This document shows, piece by piece, positions 46,448 to 56,870 of a stretch of 64,000 bases of DNA. Every line of letters starts with the position of its first letter. Position 1 is the stretch's first letter. The stretch spans positions 4,402,001 through 4,466,000 of the forward strand of contig OZ038378.1 in NCBI GenBank assembly GCA_964036045.1, given 5' to 3'. The stretch comes from Eutreptiella sp. 'Long Island Sound 2002' (Eukaryota; Protista; Euglenida). The translations under genes and the position numbers were made by a program. The notes beneath the pieces are model-generated. The model had not been told where the DNA came from. It worked only from the letters and a program-made list of their open reading frames with translations, and made no database searches.

Positions 46448-49400
46448 CTCTGTGCCCCACGTACAGCCATGCGGCTGCAGAAGCCGACCAGGGGTGGCGC
46501 GTGACGCGTGTGACACGCGGTATGCACGTGCGCAACTATTGGGGCGGCGGGGAGCAGGCCTGCATGTGCTCTGTGTCTTTTGTCTCTGATGTCCATCTGC
46601 ATGTTTGCGTGTGTATGTGGGGGGGGGGGGGGATCTGGCTTTTCCTGGGATCACCACCTGGAAAGTCGCGCCCGCATTGCAAGAGTCACATTCCCCGCCA
46701 GCTGCTCCCCCCGCCAGTCCCAACCCCCTGAGCCCTCCGCAGCTCTGCATGACCCACGCAGTACCTTGCGGCCCTTTCGTGTCCTGTCGTCGGTGCATTC
46801 CCGGCGCATACCAAGTGAGCGTTCGGGGCAAGAGTCCGTGTCAGGTCTGGTCGGGCGGCGCCTTCGTCGGTGACACCGCCCCGGGGGCTAAGCAGCAGAA
46901 CGTGCCCCTGATGCGCACACTCCGAATAAGACCGGCTCCCAGTGATTTGAGACAGGCAACCCCCGGCCCCGGGCAGTCTCAGAGAAGCGCATGCACACCT
47001 CAGCCCAGGCCACGCCCGCAAGAGGGGAGCGGGCACTCCGCATGTCCTGCGCATGCCCAAAGCAGAGACCTGCTCAGTGCAGAGGCATCTGTGCCGCCCC
47101 TCACCCGTGGTTCTCCGTCTCCTTTGTCTGAGGAGGCCCCTTCATGAGTGCAAGGCAATGCAAGTGGAAAGTCCATCCAGGTGCCAAGTGTCAGTAGCCA
47201 ACACACCAAAAACCGTCATTTTCTAAAAATGAGGCGGGGGGCCATCGGTCAGTGTAGTATTCGGGCAGCAGGGGAGGAGGCGCACAAATCCGCACGGGGT
47301 GCATGCGGCATGGGAGGCAATGCAATGAACGACAGCGTTTACCAACTGCCAATGTTTGGTCTACGGTCATTGTTCCATGCCTGAGGTGTATGTGCCTTGT
47401 ACCATGTGTTTAGACCTGCGTAGCGTTGGATCCCAATTGTGCCATGACCTCAACCGCAGATTGCAATCTACCCTTCAGCTTGGCGTTGGACTTTATGCAC
47501 CTTGGATCGCCACCCAATTTTTTTCGTCGCGCTCTGCTGCACCGCCCTGCGTGCCGCATTTACGGCTGACCTTAAATATTAAATATACCGAATCGGGTTT
47601 TGCGGACCGAGAGAAGTGCCACAGAGAGTAGCATTTCCAAGTCAAACGCGCAGGGTGCAAGGTTCTCCGCGTATTTAGGACGCCTCCGGTTTCCGTGCAT
47701 GGCTGGCTCTGTGCACTGTTCGCAGTATTTTGCATGCAGGCTGGGCTGGAATGTTTTTCAGGTGGGCCGGGCGGCCTCAGAGACTTGTCTCATAGACACG
47801 CATCGCCCTGCTCCATCCCTTGCCGATATTCTCGATGTCAGTGGCCCCCAGCGGACTGAAGCGCTTTATTTGACACGAACCGCTCCGGGCCAGAGGTGTT
47901 CAAGTGGTGCCAAAAGAAATGCGCCGCCATTCTGGTTAGAGCACAGCCAGGGATATGCACCCACCCGAACTCAAACCCAACACAGCAGGCGATACACAGC
48001 CCGTGGCATGTAGCCACCTAGTCAACTCTGATACTGCAGGGCAAATGTCGCCTCGTGCGCTGAAGCATTGTAATGCCGCACGTTGCATAACCCCTTGCCC
48101 CTCTGGGCAAGTTGGACACGTGTCACGAATGCCGTTCCCTGTGTCAACTGCTATTTCCGAACGTGGCAGTCCAGGTTTCAGGATTGTGCCGTCGGTTCTT
48201 CATAACATTTCGAACACAAGCATGCTCTGCCCCATTTTGCATGCGTGCATTTTTGCCGTGGTGCTCAGGTGTCCACAGTCTTTAGTTTGGCGCAGAGGGG
48301 CACCCAGCTGCGGACCCTCAGCCCCCCCCCCCCCCTTAGAAATGAGGCCACAAATAGGGGACAGCAGCTTGCGCAGGGCAGGAATGGAGGTGGAAATGGC
48401 TTCCTTCCATTTGTCAAATATGTTGCTGCTGCGTTGGAAAGCAGTGCAACGATAGAAAGAGCTGCATGCAGTCATAGAATCCATACCCATACCCAGAATC
48501 CATACCCATGGGCCCGAGGCAGCGATGAAGTGCAATTAACATGACGGCGACCGCTGCCTGCATGCCACCGGAGGATGTGGAATGCATGACATGCAGGGCT
48601 GCAACCCCACTGGGGTTGTGTTGCAGAACTACTGATGGCTACAGGGGAGTGGCAGAAGGATGATGTTGGTTTGGGGTGCGATGGGTAACAGGAATGCCAT
48701 CAAGAAAAATGACAAAATCATGGCCATTGGCACGTGTTTGGGTGAGCAACGTATCGTCTGGACACACACAGGGATTGGGCGTACTCTCTGCCACAGATCA
48801 GCAGCAGATACAATGTGGATGGGATTCTACAGAATCTGGAAACCTTGGCAATGTGATATATGAACCACACCCCTCATACCGGCAACTCTAAGGTCCCCGT
48901 GAAGACAATGTCGATGAAGACAATGAAAGGGTCAGAGAAAAGTACAAAGAAATCAAATGCAAAGAAGGCAATGGTCAGACACTTGAACATTGGCAAGTAG
49001 CATCGTGCAGCAGAATCTCAGCATCTGAGCACAAAATACATGGAGGAATGCCAAAGACTGGCCGAAATGCTGAGGAGGTCTAGGCTATGCTTGCTATCGC
49101 AAGCACCGCGCACAACTGTTCCCCACGAGTGACCCCTGAAACCAACAATTCCCATACACCACACCCCACTATGCTCAAAATGTTCGCAATGTCATGGAGG
49201 TGCCATGGAGGTGTGTAATTGCTCACCTAAAAATCACCACTCCTCCCAAGCCAATGTTGATACTTCACTGCTTTTTACAGAGCTCCAAATTTCAGCAAGC
49301 CAAATACCATAAATGAGCATGAAGATAAAGCTCTAGAAAAACCTGTCAAGACTCTCTGTGGCGAACAGTCTAAGGACATGCATCGTGCGCTCGCAAAAAG

Positions 49401-50046
49401 TCAAGCCATTTTGGACCCCTCAACCACAGAGTTTGTGCAGAGTGCATGAGCATAGACCACAGGAAGTGCACTTTGTTGCATCAATCTCCCTCTTTTTTCG
49501 ATGGGAATTTGTGGTGGGGGGCTATATGTAATGCACTTGCAGCATAGAAATCAAAGCGCGGCAGACCCTAGGCATTTATTGGAGGAGATTTGCTTCCATT
49601 ATTTGTGTCACGTGAAAGGCCTGTCGGAATCCGTTTTAGGTGTCTGCAACTGAGTTCTATGAGCACATTGCTTCAAGAATTGTGAAGTGCCAATGCAAGA
49701 GCACTATGTTTTGGTGTTTTTCTGTTAATCGCCAAATGGAAAAATGGGGCCATTTCCTAGTCAAATAGTCTAAAAGGTGCGCGCTTGGCTTGTGCGGTGT
49801 AAGTGCCCCCCCTTTGTGGCCCTGGTTGTTTATCAACCCCACCTACGAAAAAGATAAGAAGCTCCCCTCGGCATGGCACTAATTTGGCTTTACCGCCTAG
49901 ACGAGTCTCAAACAAGTAGTATACAGGATAAAAGGGTGTGCATCTGCAGTGTGGGGGGCAAATGTGTACTAGTATCAAGTCATTGCACTTGGTGGCATGA
50001 GGAAATGTTATTGGTGACGGTAACGGCCCTCTGTGGAGAACAAGCG

Positions 50047-50210
50047 GCCTTGGTGGGTATGACAGGTCTTGTGACAGTGCTAGTGGGTATGACCGGCCTT
50101 GTGCGGAGTGCACAAGGCCTCAATGGGTATGACCTGCCTTGTGCACAGTGCAAGGGACCCTCAATGGGTATGTCTGGCCTTGTGTAGAGTGCATAAGGCC
50201 CTCAGTGGTA
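50047..50210. repeat. Degenerate ~40-bp tandem repeat (ggccctcaatgggtatgacctgccttgtgcagagtgcacaa-like), ~4 units
   Basis: Recurring tgggtatg...cttgtg...agtgc. Confidence 0.7.
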
Positions 50211-51858
50211 GTAAAGGAAAAAGCATACCGAATTTGGCAGCGCTATCTGCAGCCACAATATTAGATTTTCTTTATTGCTCCAAGAAGTTAATAGGCATGG
50301 TGGCTCCCCCTGGGCATCATGCATGCAGGGCCCAATATCTGACAAACTGGGTCCCCCAGCATTCAGCTAAACAAACCCAGAAACCTCCCAATTTGTAGCG
50401 CACTGTGCACAAGATAGGGGATCAACCAAGAGAAGGGCATTGCATGTGTGCATGTTACGATTCTGGAGCGCCTTTGGAGTCCAACATGCCTCTAACTTTA
50501 ACCATGCAGTGTACCTTGCAGATGTGTTTCTCAATGAGATTCACTTGCACAATTTCCTAGACTCTGGCAGTTTTGTAAGAAAACTGAATGGCTGGAAGTG
50601 CCTAGGTGGGTCCTCCAGTTGATCAGACTGACCCTTGATCGCCAAAGTGGCCATTTTGCACGTTTGGTGTTTTTGACCATTTTGAATGCAATGTATTGTG
50701 TGACTCCCCTCATTTCAATGCTTGATAATGATGAATGGGAATTTGACAAAGACTGCATGCACCAAATACCTCCCTTTACATTGCATTGCATCCAAACTGG
50801 TTTGATGTGCATGCTCACACCGGGGCAACAGAGGGGCCGTCATTTGGTCAAGAAGGGTTGTGCCCACACCTGATCAGGGATGATTGGCAGCCTTTGATGG
50901 GACCAAAGTGCCAACCCATTGGGGCCCTAGAAGCATCGCAGATGCCCCAAAAGGCATGTGTTTTATCGCTGAAAAAAATTAGAACAAAGGGACAATTGGT
51001 TCAGTGCGTTAATGTTGTGAGCCATTTTCCGAGGCTTTGCTTTTCCCACTGGACCTGGAACCCTGGCAGTGTATTGCCCAGGTTAGATTGTACTACCCAG
51101 GACAAACCCTCGTTTTATGTGTATCAGCCCAGCATGAATCGTTGCATAACCTATGACAGTAATGGAGTCAATGGATATGATGGTGCAAGGCTTTTGACTA
51201 AAAAGCCATTGGAAGCATGCAACACATCCGGTGCTAGGCCGAACAATAACCATTCGCCTGTGGCACCAATTGCGGGGACAAGGGGACAGTGGTAATGACC
51301 TTAGAATCAGCAAAAGGGTGTCCTTGGATCGTACCTACAGAAAAAGAGGATCACTGGCTGGGCAAAAAGGACACGGTCCGGCTGCCCTACGAGGCGTCTT
51401 TGTGGGGTATTGGAACCAACATGGTGGTTTGAATTTACACCTCGCCAAGCAGATCACTCGTGCTCTGCTGATGCCTGGTGTGCTGTCATCTTTCCCTTCC
51501 CTTCTGTTGCTTCAGCCCCTGTTCTTCACGGCCCCTCTCATCTGTGCGACACTCAGGGGGACCAAGCAGCTTTGGGTCTGGGCTGGGGAATTCAGGTGTT
51601 CAGGCCTCTGAAGAGGAAACATTGAATACTCATCCAACACCCAAGCACTATGGCAGCTGATAGTCCAGGCAATAGACCGCCCACAATGTCCAGCGGCAGA
51701 CGGCATAGCCCCCTGCCCCCAGTCAATCAATGTGCTGCTGTTCTGCAGCTTGCAGGCGAGACGCTTTGTGGGCATGCAAGTGGGACGGGTCGCAAAGGGC
51801 ATGTGGAATGGGCTGAGGGAAGATGTTTGACTGATCAAACCCTTGCTCTGCAGACCGC

Positions 51859-52165
51859 ATGGCTTCAACACTGCTAGGCCTTGTAAGGATAATCGCCATA
51901 CTTGCTTGCCTGTCTTGTATGGTGTGTGCTGCCCACGAAGGTGCAGTGCCACACGTTGACGAATCTATTCCAGTGGTGCGGGCCGGCAACCCAGGCCACA
52001 GCAGCAGCTGCCTTAATGGCACGGAGTTCATCGTGACGCTTGCGGATGATTTTGAGGACTACGGAATTGTGGATGCGATGAATGCGGAACTGGCAGTTGA
52101 CTCAGAGAACCTGTGCCGCTTTCTGCACTCCACGGTGCTCCTACCTGCCTGCCTGCTGCTGCCAG
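51859..52165 (+). CDS. Subtilisin-like serine protease (S8A), exon 1: signal peptide and start of I9-like propeptide
   Basis: MASTLLGLVRIIAILACLSCMVCAA signal-like; EFIVTL typical of I9; ccag|gtgagg donor (phase 1). An alternative phase-0 donor at 52135 is possible. Confidence 0.7.
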
Positions 52166-52345
52166 GTGAGGGGGCGGGGACGGCCCTCCGCCCTCCTTCT
52201 GGGAGCGTTTGTCCATTTCGCTGCCACTGCTCCTGACCGCCACCAAGTGCCCTCCGACGTTTGCAACTGACAGGATTTGCCCCCCAACTGCTTCCCAATC
52301 ACCAGGAACCGCTTTGTATTGCATCCTGATACACAGACCTTGGTA

Positions 52346-52716
52346 CAGGGGGGGGGGGATTTCGCCAGGGGAAAATTTCGCCGTTAAGAAAAGTGGCGAA
52401 ATTTTCCCCTGGCGAAATTTTGGCATAACAGTTCCATCCTTCACCACAGCTGCAGGCATTGTGTTTCCTGAGCAGGGCCAGGCGCGATTACGAACGCGCC
52501 TGTGCCTGTTGATGCCTTGAAAAAGAAGCCTGCACCTTCTGCACCAGTTACTGGATCGTCTGTATCAGATTTCATATCATTTTTCGAAAATTGAGAGACA
52601 TTTTGCGAGACACATGCTTGCTTGGGGCTTTGGGGATTTCAAGGGTGGCGAAATTTTCCCCTGGCGAAATTATCCCCTGCGAAATTGTCCCCGGGCGAAA
52701 TCCCCCCCCCCCCCTG
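52346..52716. mobile_element. MITE (371 bp), CAGGG termini, TA TSD, in subtilase intron 1
   Basis: TA|caG11atttcgccaggggaaaatttcgc ... gcgaaattgtccccgggcgaaatC13tg|TA; internal GGCGAAA/TTTCGCC repeats. Confidence 0.85.
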
Positions 52717-53005
52717 TATATTTGGGTGATACACACTCCCCTGATTACACCTCTAGTAGGTCCTGAGTTGTATCGCTGGCAAAAGATCGGCATGCGGAAG
52801 TGAAAAACAGAAACTGAGGAACGCGCCTGACGATGCGGAGGGCATCATTCTCAATCATATCATCAACACGAACACCACCACCATCCCCTCGACGGCTTTG
52901 GTTTGCTGTTGCAGATTGAAACCTTTCAGCTCCAGTAGAAGTTTTGATTGATTTGGCTGATGTATGGAAACTCTACAGTTGTGCATGCAAAGTTGCAGCA
53001 GTTGT

Positions 53006-53128
53006 CAACTGGTCAGGCTACATGGGGTATCCCACAGGGCACCATATGAAATCCTACAAAGTTGCAGCTCAACTGGGTGGGATTTCATATGGTGCCCTGT
53101 GGGATACCCCATGTAGCCTGACCAGTTG
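53006..53128. other. Perfect 49-bp inverted repeat with a 25-nt loop (intronic hairpin)
   Basis: 53006-53054 is the exact reverse complement of 53080-53128. Confidence 0.95.
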
Positions 53129-53197
53129 TGCCCCTGCCTGTGCCCCCTCTCCTGCCTGCTGCAACTTTGCTCTTCGGGCTGCCCCAGGAAACGGCAG

Positions 53198-53610
53198 AGA
53201 GGGCAGCGGACGAATTGAAGGCTATGAGCATCTGCATATCTTCCGGCGTTGATGTCGAGGCTAAGCTGGAGGCGCTGCGGAATATGGTTGGCGTGGAAGC
53301 GATTGAGGAGAATGAGGTACTGGAACTGGAGGCAGTGCCATGGCATCTGGATCGAATTGATCAGATCCGTCTGCCTTTGGATGGGCGATACGCCCCTCTG
53401 CGGAGCGGGCGGGGGGTTTACGTCTACGTGGCAGACAGTGGAGTCGATGCCTCGCATCCGTATCTGCGTGGTCGTGTGGCCTACGGGTACAGCGCCATCC
53501 CTGGGGAGAGCGCAACGAGGGACGGCCATACCCACGGGACCCACGTGGCTGGCATTGTTGCCTCGAAGATATACGGTGTTGCCAAGTCAGCCATGGTCGT
53601 GCCAGTGAAG
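53198..53610 (+). CDS. Subtilisin-like protease, exon 2 (5' boundary 53188 or 53198)
   Basis: LEALRNMVGVEAIEEN ends the propeptide; PWHLDRIDQ; VYVADSGV (Asp); HGTHVAG (His); YGVAK...VPVK |gtcgaa. Confidence 0.9.
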
Positions 53611-54166
53611 GTCGAAGCTTTTTCCATTTCCGCCTCCATCTCCCTCTCAATCTCCAACAAAACCCACGTCCATAAGCATGGCCATAAAGAAGAGCAAGGG
53701 ATGCGAAGACGGGTACAGCCGGGTATAGTGATAGAGATTGGCATGGGACTGAGAGAGGTCGCATGATGGGCACCGGGATGGAGATGGGGATGAATATGGG
53801 GATACGCATTGGCACACGAACAACGATACAGCAGTGTGCATTTCGCAGCAGGCGCAGGGGCATAGGCATCGGCACAGGCAAATGTAGTCGGGATGGGGGT
53901 GACCATGGCATTTGTGATCTTACTTGGGATGGTGATGGGGACAGGGATCGGGATGGGGAGCATGAAAAAGAATCGATACTGCAGGCGCAGGTATCGGCAG
54001 AAGCGTGGTATTCGGGAAAGGAATCTGACAGGAGGGGCGTGCCCGGCATAGGCACGTGCACAGGTACAGGGACAAGGGTCGCCTCATCATCCCCGTTCCC
54101 GCCTCCATCATTCAATGCCCAATCATTGCTGCTGTTGCCATGCCCACCCCTCTCACGCTCCCTCAG

Positions 54167-55165
54167 ATATTCAACAGCCGAGGAGGAGGGACCATGGCGG
54201 GGCTGCTCCATGCCATCAACTGGGTGATCACTCGCAGGGTGTATCACCGCAGGCCGACGGTGTTGAGCATGTCGCTGGGTTCGCGGTCCAACGGGTACTA
54301 CGCCGGCGAGCGGGTATTGCAAAAGGCCTGGCGCGCTGGCGTCATCATGGTCGTCGCCGCCGGCAACGCACGCACCGATGGATGCACCTACTGGCCCGGA
54401 CGGTCCCGCTTTGTGATCAACGTGGGCTCGACGGACTGGAACGACCGCCTGTCCTCCTTCTCCAATTACGGGGCGTGCGTGGACCTCTACGCCCCGGGCA
54501 CGCGCATCACCAGCACTGTGCCTGGGCGAAGGCTTGCGGTGAGGTCCGGGACGTCCATGGCCTGTCCGATCGTCAGCGGGGCCGTTGCGATGTATCTGGA
54601 AGGCCGTCCCCATGCAAAGCTCCGGGAGGTGAGAGCCGCTCTGATCCGGAACGCCGTGGGGCGCAAGGAAGTGGTGCCCGCCCGCCGGATACTGCTGGTC
54701 CACGTGCATGACCGCGTGGCGGCGGTTTCCCAGAACGCGACGGCGGTTGCCCAGAACGCGACGGCGGTTTCCCGAAACGCGACGGCGGTTTCCCGAAACG
54801 CGACGGCGGTTTCCCGAAACGCGACGGCGGTTTCTCGAAACGCGACGGCGGTCGAACAGAACGCGACAGCGGTCGACCAGAACGCGACGGCGGTTGCACC
54901 AGACGCGACTCCCGCAGCTGAACACGCGACCCCCTCTGCCCCCGCCGCGCCGCCGGCGGCAAAACGCAGGCGTGAAATGGGGTTGCAGAGTGTGCACGCC
55001 GCCGGCCGCGCCGCGTCGGGGAACAGGCCCGTCCGCACGTGGGCCCTTACATTCGTGGCCTCGACTGTGATTCTTGCGGTGCTTGCGGTTGTGTTTGCAG
55101 GCCACGCTCTCGTCCCCGCAACGCCCCGACCTCACATTGGTGTGGATTTTGGTGATGGGTTTTGA
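54167..55165 (+). CDS. Subtilisin-like protease, exon 3: catalytic Ser, glycosylated stalk and TM segment
   Basis: cctcag|ata acceptor; SMSLG, VVAAGN, FSNYG, DLYAPG, GTSMACP (proteinase K-like); 21-bp repeats; WALTFVASTVILAVLAVVFAG. Confidence 0.92.
   Translation: MFNSRGGGTMAGLLHAINWVITRRVYHRRPTVLSMSLGSRSNGYYAGERVLQKAWRAGVIMVVAAGNARTDGCTYWPGRSRFVINVGSTDWNDRLSSFSNYGACVDLYAPGTRITSTVPGRRLAVRSGTSMACPIVSGAVAMYLEGRPHAKLREVRAALIRNAVGRKEVVPARRILLVHVHDRVAAVSQNATAVAQNATAVSRNATAVSRNATAVSRNATAVSRNATAVEQNATAVDQNATAVAPDATPAAEHATPSAPAAPPAAKRRREMGLQSVHAAGRAASGNRPVRTWALTFVASTVILAVLAVVFAGHALVPATPRPHIGVDFGDGF
54716..54930 (+). repeat. 21-bp coding tandem repeat (NATAVSR-type heptads; 8 N-A-T sequons)
   Basis: Directly visible: aacgcgacggcggtttcccga. 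Confidence 0.95.
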
Positions 55166-55659
55166 TGCTCCGGCGGAGCGCGAAGCCCTGCCCGCGGCCC
55201 TGCTCTATGCCCCGGTGGCTGATGAGCATGGGGCGCGGTTTCTCGAAGGTGCCCTGACCTGCACCTCAGCATGGCGAGGTAAGCGGACTCGCGTGCCCGG
55301 AGACCATCACATCTCCGCTGTGCCAGTGCGGCCATACAGAGACTTCGCATCAGTCGTTGTCACAAATAGTCGTCTCTGTTTGCCGCCGCTTGTTGCTGAA
55401 GCTTCCGACGCTTGTTGCTGAAGCTTCCGACGCTTGTTGTACAGTACGTATGAGTAAGTGTGGGTGTGAGCTTGCCCCCTGTGACTGGGCCAAGAGATGC
55501 TCCTACTCCTGACGGCAGGGACGGAGCAGCGTTTTCGTCCTGCCCGTCGGTTCCTCTGGCTTTCAGGCATTTGGAGGGGCAGCGAGTCCCGCTTGCGCAG
55601 ATGTTCCTGCCACTGACTGCCTTGTATTTGGGTGTGTCTGGATGTGTGTGTGCGTGCGC

Positions 55660-55661
<2 letters not shown>

Positions 55662-55711
<50 letters not shown>

Positions 55712-56369
55712 AAGAAGGCGCCTAGCGTGTATCATGCACTGCTTTTATGGCCTGCCATGACACGCGCCTGACGAGAATCCTTGCACTCAGCGCCTTCTCT
55801 GTGCCTGTTTGTCACGTTCAACGCGTCGTGTTGCAACACCACCTCACACCACACAACACAACACAGCACAAGAAAACGCAACCGTGTTGTGGTGTGGTGT
55901 GTTGTGTTGTGTTCTGTTGTGTTGTGTTGTGTTGTGTTGTGTTGTGTTGTGTTGTGTTGTGTTGTGTTGTGTTGTGTTGTGTTGTGTTGTGTTGTGTTGT
56001 GTTGTGTTGTGTTGTGTTGTGTTTTTAATTGTGTGTTTTGGTTTGTTTTGTGTGTAGTCATGCTGTGTTTTGCACAGCGCATCTGAACTATACAGCTGGT
56101 GGCCAATTCCGTGCAGTCATGGTGCGTTTGTATCCTATGGTCCCCCAACCCCTGACGTCCATGCAGCGTCATACAACCATAGTCAGCGCAAGCCTGCTGC
56201 CAGGTTTTGTGAATGAGGGCGAGTTTACACTCCTCCGAGACATGATCCCTGCGGCAGAAAGGGGCAGTCTGTGTTTGTGTGTCGTTCTGTACACTCCCGG
56301 CACCTTTTTTCATTGCTGCTGTTGGAAGTCGTTGGAATTGTTGTACAGTCAAGCAGGGGCGTGCGTGTA

Positions 56370-56442
<73 letters not shown>

Positions 56443-56870
56443 GGTGTGTGTGCGCGCGCAGGTGCACGGGTGTTGCTCGCTGACCATGACCAGGATCACC
56501 GTTGCTTGCCCCTGACTCATCTCGCTGCTTCCTGTGTGTATTGGCTGGGCTTTGCTGGGCTGCGCTTGCCTTGCCTTGCATGGCTGGTGCTGCAAGAGGC
56601 AGGAAAGTCGCCTTGCCTTGACCAAGTGCTGAGATTGCACTTGCGGCCTCCTGGATGCAGAAAACGAGCTGACAATTGTTGTGCACCCTTTGTTTTGACT
56701 GCTGCCTGACGAGACACGTACGTTCAGTGCAGCGGTCTCGCGTTCGTTTCGTTGCACATCGCATCTATCGGTTTGCGTGTACATGTGTGTGTGTGTGTGT
56801 CCGTTTCAGAGTCTGTTGTTTTTGCCTTGCCTTGCCTTGCCTTGCCCTGCTTTGCCTTGCCTTGCCTTGC
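55662..56870. repeat. Microsatellite cluster: (TG)n 55662-55709, (GTGTT)n ~55899-56024, (TG)n 56372-56441, (CTTGC)n ~56823-56870
   Basis: Directly visible. Confidence 0.95.

Noticed and set aside
50786-51295. Possible Ulp1/C48 protease relic (CITYDS)
   Set aside because: The catalytic His is not at the expected spacing and no Gln/Cys motif follows.
53261-55135. 624-aa minus-strand ORF
   Set aside because: Antisense shadow of the GC-rich subtilase exons and periodic intron; no motif of its own.
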